Assembly (NCBI RefSeq): GCF_009914755.1
Contig: NC_060928.1
Direction: 5' to 3' (one strand)
DNA: 64,000 bases
Source: the human T2T-CHM13v2.0 reference genome, Homo sapiens
Shown here one piece after another: positions 59,151 to 64,000 of this stretch. Positions within the stretch are counted from its first letter, which is position 1. Each line of letters starts with the position of its first letter. The position numbers and the translations under genes were made by a program. Below the pieces are notes generated by a model. It was not told the origin of the DNA and did not search any database. It saw nothing but the letters and a program-made list of their open reading frames with translations.

Positions 59151-61635
59151 AGAGGAAAACCAGAAGCATTATTTTGTTTCCTTTCATCACAGTACTGCTT
59201 TACTGGATGAAGATTTTATTCACAGGTTGGGGAAGAACAGATCTTTCCCTGACCTTTTTGCTTCTGAAAGCCAAGATTCCTCAAGGACAGTTTCTCTTTA
59301 TTTATTCTCAGATAGCTTTCTAACATTTTCATTATTGCTTTTGAGCCAGTCTGTGTGTGTGTGTGTACTGCTATAGTGTGTGTGTGTACTCCTATAGAAA
59401 AAGTGGAAACTTAGAAAAATATAAAGAATAAACCTATTACTTTATATCCCACTCATAATCACCTAATACTTTGGTGTGTCTCCTCCTTCTATGCATGTTT
59501 TTTTTTTTCCAAAAGCTGGGGTCACGTACAGTATCATGTACTTTTAAAGCCAGACCTGCAATCCTGTGCCCATTCCTGATGTATGTCCATATTCACAGCA
59601 TTTTGCTTACAGACACTTGCTCAGTTGGCATGGAGAACATTAGGAGTGGGTGAGGTTCCATTAGACCAACCCAAATTTTCCTACTCATCTCCCTCCCTTT
59701 TCAACTGAGAGTGATTTCTATTTTTGCTCACTGTTAGCAGTGACATGTCTAATGGGAGCTGAATGACTGTGTCGTACAATCTAGAGGCAGAGCAAGCAGA
59801 ATCCATCTAGAAAGAAACAGCAGAAAGGAAATCTGTTTAAGTCCAACCTCCCAACACTCATGGTACCCTCCTCCCCACCGCCTCTCCTTCAGAGCTTGGC
59901 ACACATTGTGAACCTGTTTGCTAAAATCTCACACTCCATTTCCCCTGATTTCCTACTTTGCCCCAGGTCCTTGGCTACATTAGAGCAAAGTTTACATTTA
60001 CCAAGAGACAGGTTATAAAATGAAGAGCTCTTATATTTCATTTTGGGCATTTGTTTGGCATGGGATTACCTCCAAACCTTGTTTTTCCACAAACACCTAA
60101 TGGAATCACTAATTAATTACCCCACTGGAGCAAGAACAGTGTAAGAAAGACGTATTTAGATTCAGCAGATAATCAAATCAGATCAGATTAATTTTGCTTA
60201 GATTTCTTTTCATATAGCACTTAAGAGTCTAATTCTGGCCTCAAAGCAAGCCATAAAATAGGTCACTTCAACAAAGCTGAAAAAAACAACTAGGCTGTTA
60301 CACACCACTTGTGTGACATGATGTGAGTAGTAAAACACTGATCCAATTTCAAGCAGATTAGGGTCACGATTTTCAGCAAAATCAAACATTTCAGCACTTG
60401 GTCTACCATGGAAGGGCTTTGGCCACCATTCACTGCTGGCGGTGATGGTGGGCAGGTAGTCGCCTTCCTAGAAAATGCTAACTGATGGCCCTAAGACCCA
60501 GTCTTGTAAAATGGCAGCTAATTGCCAGGCATCCTGTTTGTGGTTCCCAGACTGTTTCACTTTGCTTAAAGTCGAGTCACCTAGCCAGAGTAATTGCATG
60601 GGGTACAGCCAAGCCAATGGAAAGGCTTGCATTTAAGAGACTGCCACCACTCAGGCCAGCCCCAGCCCAGCCCCAGCCCTAGGACAGGGTTGGCCCCAGC
60701 CCCACCTGATGAAGCTACCGATTGTCTTCAGGGAGGGATCCACAGAATGCTATGCTAAAGTGTCCTGTTAGGGCTTGTCACACCTGGGACTAAGCTGGCC
60801 ACTGCTGGGGCTTGTCTCTTGAGGCTATAAGGGGGAAATTAATTGCAACAGCTGTGGCCTAATGTGTCCCTAAGCACCTTTTTGATCTGATGGTAAAGAC
60901 AACAACAGAGAAAATAATATTAATATATCTAAAATGCTCAAGGATGTTTCCCCAAGGTTCAGCTGGGTGTGGTTTTGACCTAATCATGCCAGGATCACAT
61001 GAAAACCATGCTGGTTAACTTTTAAACATTAACAATGACAGTTGATGGGCACATAATGACTGTCAAGAATTATATGTGTTTCCGAGCATTTATTTACTTA
61101 ATCTTGTAAAAATTAAGCTATGACTTCTGCAACTCCTGGTCAAAGCAGGTAACTCCTTAAACAAAAGTTACCTGCTTTGACCTTAACATAGTACATTGAA
61201 GTGTTTCTATGAGTTGTATGTGTTTCTGGGGTTTTATTTAATGAATCCAATAATTTCATTTTTTTTTAATGTTTGATCTCTTATTGCAAAGTTTAAGAGT
61301 TTTACGTTACATAAAAATAGCTGTAAGAACTCTATGAAACACAGAAAAAAATATCCACTGAGGTGTTGGAGGAGAGATTGAATTCATTCTGACTGAAATG
61401 CAAGTCTGCAAAATAGAAGGCAGAGAATTTTGAAAAAAGAATGGAATAACCAGAAATAATAAGAGCAAAAATGAGAGGATTCTGAATAAACAGAAATATG
61501 AAATATTAATAATTCCCAAGATGTAATCAGTGAGAAAGAATATAGCATAAGCAAAGTCTTTTATAAACAGGAACGAGCTATCACATAGGTGCCAAACAAA
61601 AACATTAAAATTTGACATAATGAAAATGTTTCACT

Positions 61636-62021
61636 TGTTAAATTTAACCTAAAGTGGCCTCTTTGTAAATTTGGCCTAAAGATGTCTCTGTACATAGTGA
61701 ACTATAACCTAACTGGATGTGTAGACAGATTGTAACCTACTCTTATGCCAAACACTGAATTTCAGCCAATCAAATGTGGCCAACTCTTCAAATTGTGTTC
61801 AAATAAGGCAAATGCCGACCTGTAACCAATCTGGCTGTTTCTGTACCTCACCTCCATTTTCTGTACATCACTGTCCTTTTTCTGCTCATAAATCTTCAAC
61901 CACAAGGTAGCACTGGAATCTCTATGAACCTATTCTGGTTTGGGGGCTGCCCAATTCATGAATCATTTTTTGCTCAACTAAATTCTTTAAATTTGATTTG
62001 TCTGAGGTTTTTCTTTTAACA
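61636..62021 (+). mobile_element. MER57-type ERV1 solo LTR
   Basis: tgttaa...ttaaca termini, perfect 4-bp TSD cact at 61632-61635 / 62022-62025, two CCAAT boxes. Confidence 0.85.
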
Positions 62022-62034
62022 CACTCAATCCATT

Positions 62035-62690
62035 GTGTGTAAGAGACAAGCCAGGCACCCACCAATCCATTTTCCTCTTCCTCCTGGACACACAACTAGA
62101 CTACATTTCCCAGACTTCCCTGCAGTTAGCTTTAGCCCTGTGCCTAAGTTCTGGTAAGGGGATGTGAGTCAGAAGCCATGTTCACCAACTCCACGCTTGG
62201 CCAGGTGCCTCTCATGCAATCCACCATGACTTTTCTCTCTTTTCTCATCTACTAGCTAAATGCTGAGAATCCAGCAGAGGACTTCGAGGCTTAAGAGTAT
62301 AGTGGAGGCCAGGTGCGGTGGCTCACACCTGTTCATCCCAGCACTTAGGGAGGCTGAGGCAGGCAGATCACCTGAGGTCAGGAGTTTAAAACCAGCCTGG
62401 CCAACATGGTGAAAACCTGTCTCTACTAAAAATACAGAAATTTAGCCAACCATATTGGTGGGTCCCTGTAATCCCAGCTACTCAGGAGGCTGAGGTGGGA
62501 GAATCGCCTGAACCCGGGAGGCAGAGGTTGCAGTGAGCCGAGATTGCTCCCAATCCGGCCTGGGCAACAAGAGCAAAACTCTGTCTCAAAAAAGTGGAGC
62601 TGCTAGGTAAAGGAGAAGACCCTCTGCCATGTTGGGCTGCAAGGTGAACAAGAGATAACTACTGGGCCAAGCCACTGAGATATGGGGCTA
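62035..62690 (+). mobile_element. Old MLT1J/LTR16-type LTR, interrupted by an Alu
   Basis: gactacatttcccag...cctgcagttag...aagttctgg...aagccactgagat. Confidence 0.6.
62307..62592 (+). mobile_element. AluSq-type with very short tail
   Basis: Dimer with ggcaacaagagcaaaactc; flanking repeat agtgga at 62301-62306 / 62593-62598. Confidence 0.9.
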
Positions 62691-63639
62691 ACACACACTG
62701 AGGAGTGATCTCTTAGATTGCAAGTACAAGACACATCCAAAGCAAATTGATAGGCTATGTACGCCAGGGCAGAACTCTGTTACCATTGATGGTACAAGAT
62801 TGCTTCACCTCTTATATTTATTCAGGGACAAATTTAAGTTGTTCTTTCAAAGATTTCATTATTAGACCCTTTAACATGTTGGATTTGAAAAGTAAAAGAG
62901 TCTTTATGATGTTTAGAATAAACTATTATAATCAAACATGTCATCATATTATGAATAACAGTTACATATAGTAAACACAGTTATAGTGTTGTTAAAGTCC
63001 AAAGAAAACATTTTATCTAACATCATGTAAGACAAAAGCACTAAATTTTATTTTACATCATCTTCTCTCAAACCTCTACACTTTTCTCCTATGGGAATTT
63101 TCTGACTATCCATGACTTCAGTTACAATCTATGTGTTGGTGACACTCAGATCTACATCTGCAGTCCAGATATGTATCTCTAACCCAGATTTTTCTCAAGA
63201 TTTGAACCATGTATCCAGTTGCTTCCTGGGAATTTTCACTTGGGTGCCCAACATAACAGGAATCCAAATGCATAAGTCATTGAGCTACAAAGGACTAGTA
63301 GAAATTACCTTTATTGGATACTGTAGGTTATCTCCTTAGTATTAATTTCCCTTCACTTTTCCATTTTCTTCCTTCCAAAGAGAACACAGATTTGGTTCAT
63401 GTATGTATGCCTCTCCACCCAACAATGTCCCTAGGGGAAGCTGACCCCACTCTCAACTCCAGGGGTGATCTGTTTAGGCTGATCTGTTCAGGACTGAACC
63501 AAATGTGCCAATGACAGTTGTAGAGGTGTCTGCTGGAAGGGCTCTGGGAAAACTTTCCTTACTCCTTAGAAAGAACTACAAGAAAAAGACAGGAAAGAGG
63601 GGCAGGTGAAAGTGGGGAGGGGAAGCAACAAGGAAAAAC

Positions 63640-63870
63640 AGGCATAGAGTACAGCCTAGAGATTCAGTGCACGTGTTCTTATGCTAGATTGCCTGGGTTT
63701 GAATCTACCACTTACAAATTATGTACCTTCAGTAAATTACTTAGTCTTTCAATGCCTCAGCTTTTTTCATTTGTAAAATGAGTTTTGAGGGAGAAAACAA
63801 ATGAGTTAATGTATGCAATGTATATAAACTCACATAGTAAGCACCATATGACTCTTGCTAATTATTATGT
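63640..63870 (+). mobile_element. MIR SINE
   Basis: gcctgggtttgaatc..ccacttac...aatgcctcag..catttgtaaaatg...cacatagtaagcac. Confidence 0.75.
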
Positions 63871-64000
63871 TGCTCTGAATGTTGTTTGCTTACAACTGCT
63901 AGCATCATCTTGCTATAAGCCTGAGGATTACATAAACTCAGGATTACATAAACTCCAAGGATGCAAGGAAATTTGAAGCAACGTTCTTAAAAAATCCACT

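Overview
Primate (human-like) genomic DNA with no recognisable host protein-coding exon, RNA gene or CpG island; it reads as intergenic or deep-intronic sequence dominated by transposable elements. Main contents: a full-length THE1 (MaLR) provirus at 9.4-11.7 kb, and an L1 cluster at 23.2-40.6 kb (full-length L1PA8-like on minus, a 1.1-kb 5'-truncated L1PA2-like on plus, a full-length L1PA4-like on minus, plus older L1 pieces). There are also about 8 Alus, many solo LTRs (MST, MLT1, MLT2, THE1D, MER57), DNA-transposon relics (MER3, MER102, MER112/113-like, MER58A, MER45, MER44B), and MIR/L2/L3 fossils. All long ORFs in the track are L1 or MaLR remnants or chance ORFs. I find no new biological system. 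The most interesting signals are molecular-event fossils: patchy sequence sharing (probable gene conversion) between the two inverted L1 copies, two L1 3' transductions, an open ORF0, a three-armed Alu chimera, two templated inverted duplications, and a tailless internal L1 fragment with a TSD. Subfamily names come from remembered consensus features, not from a database search.
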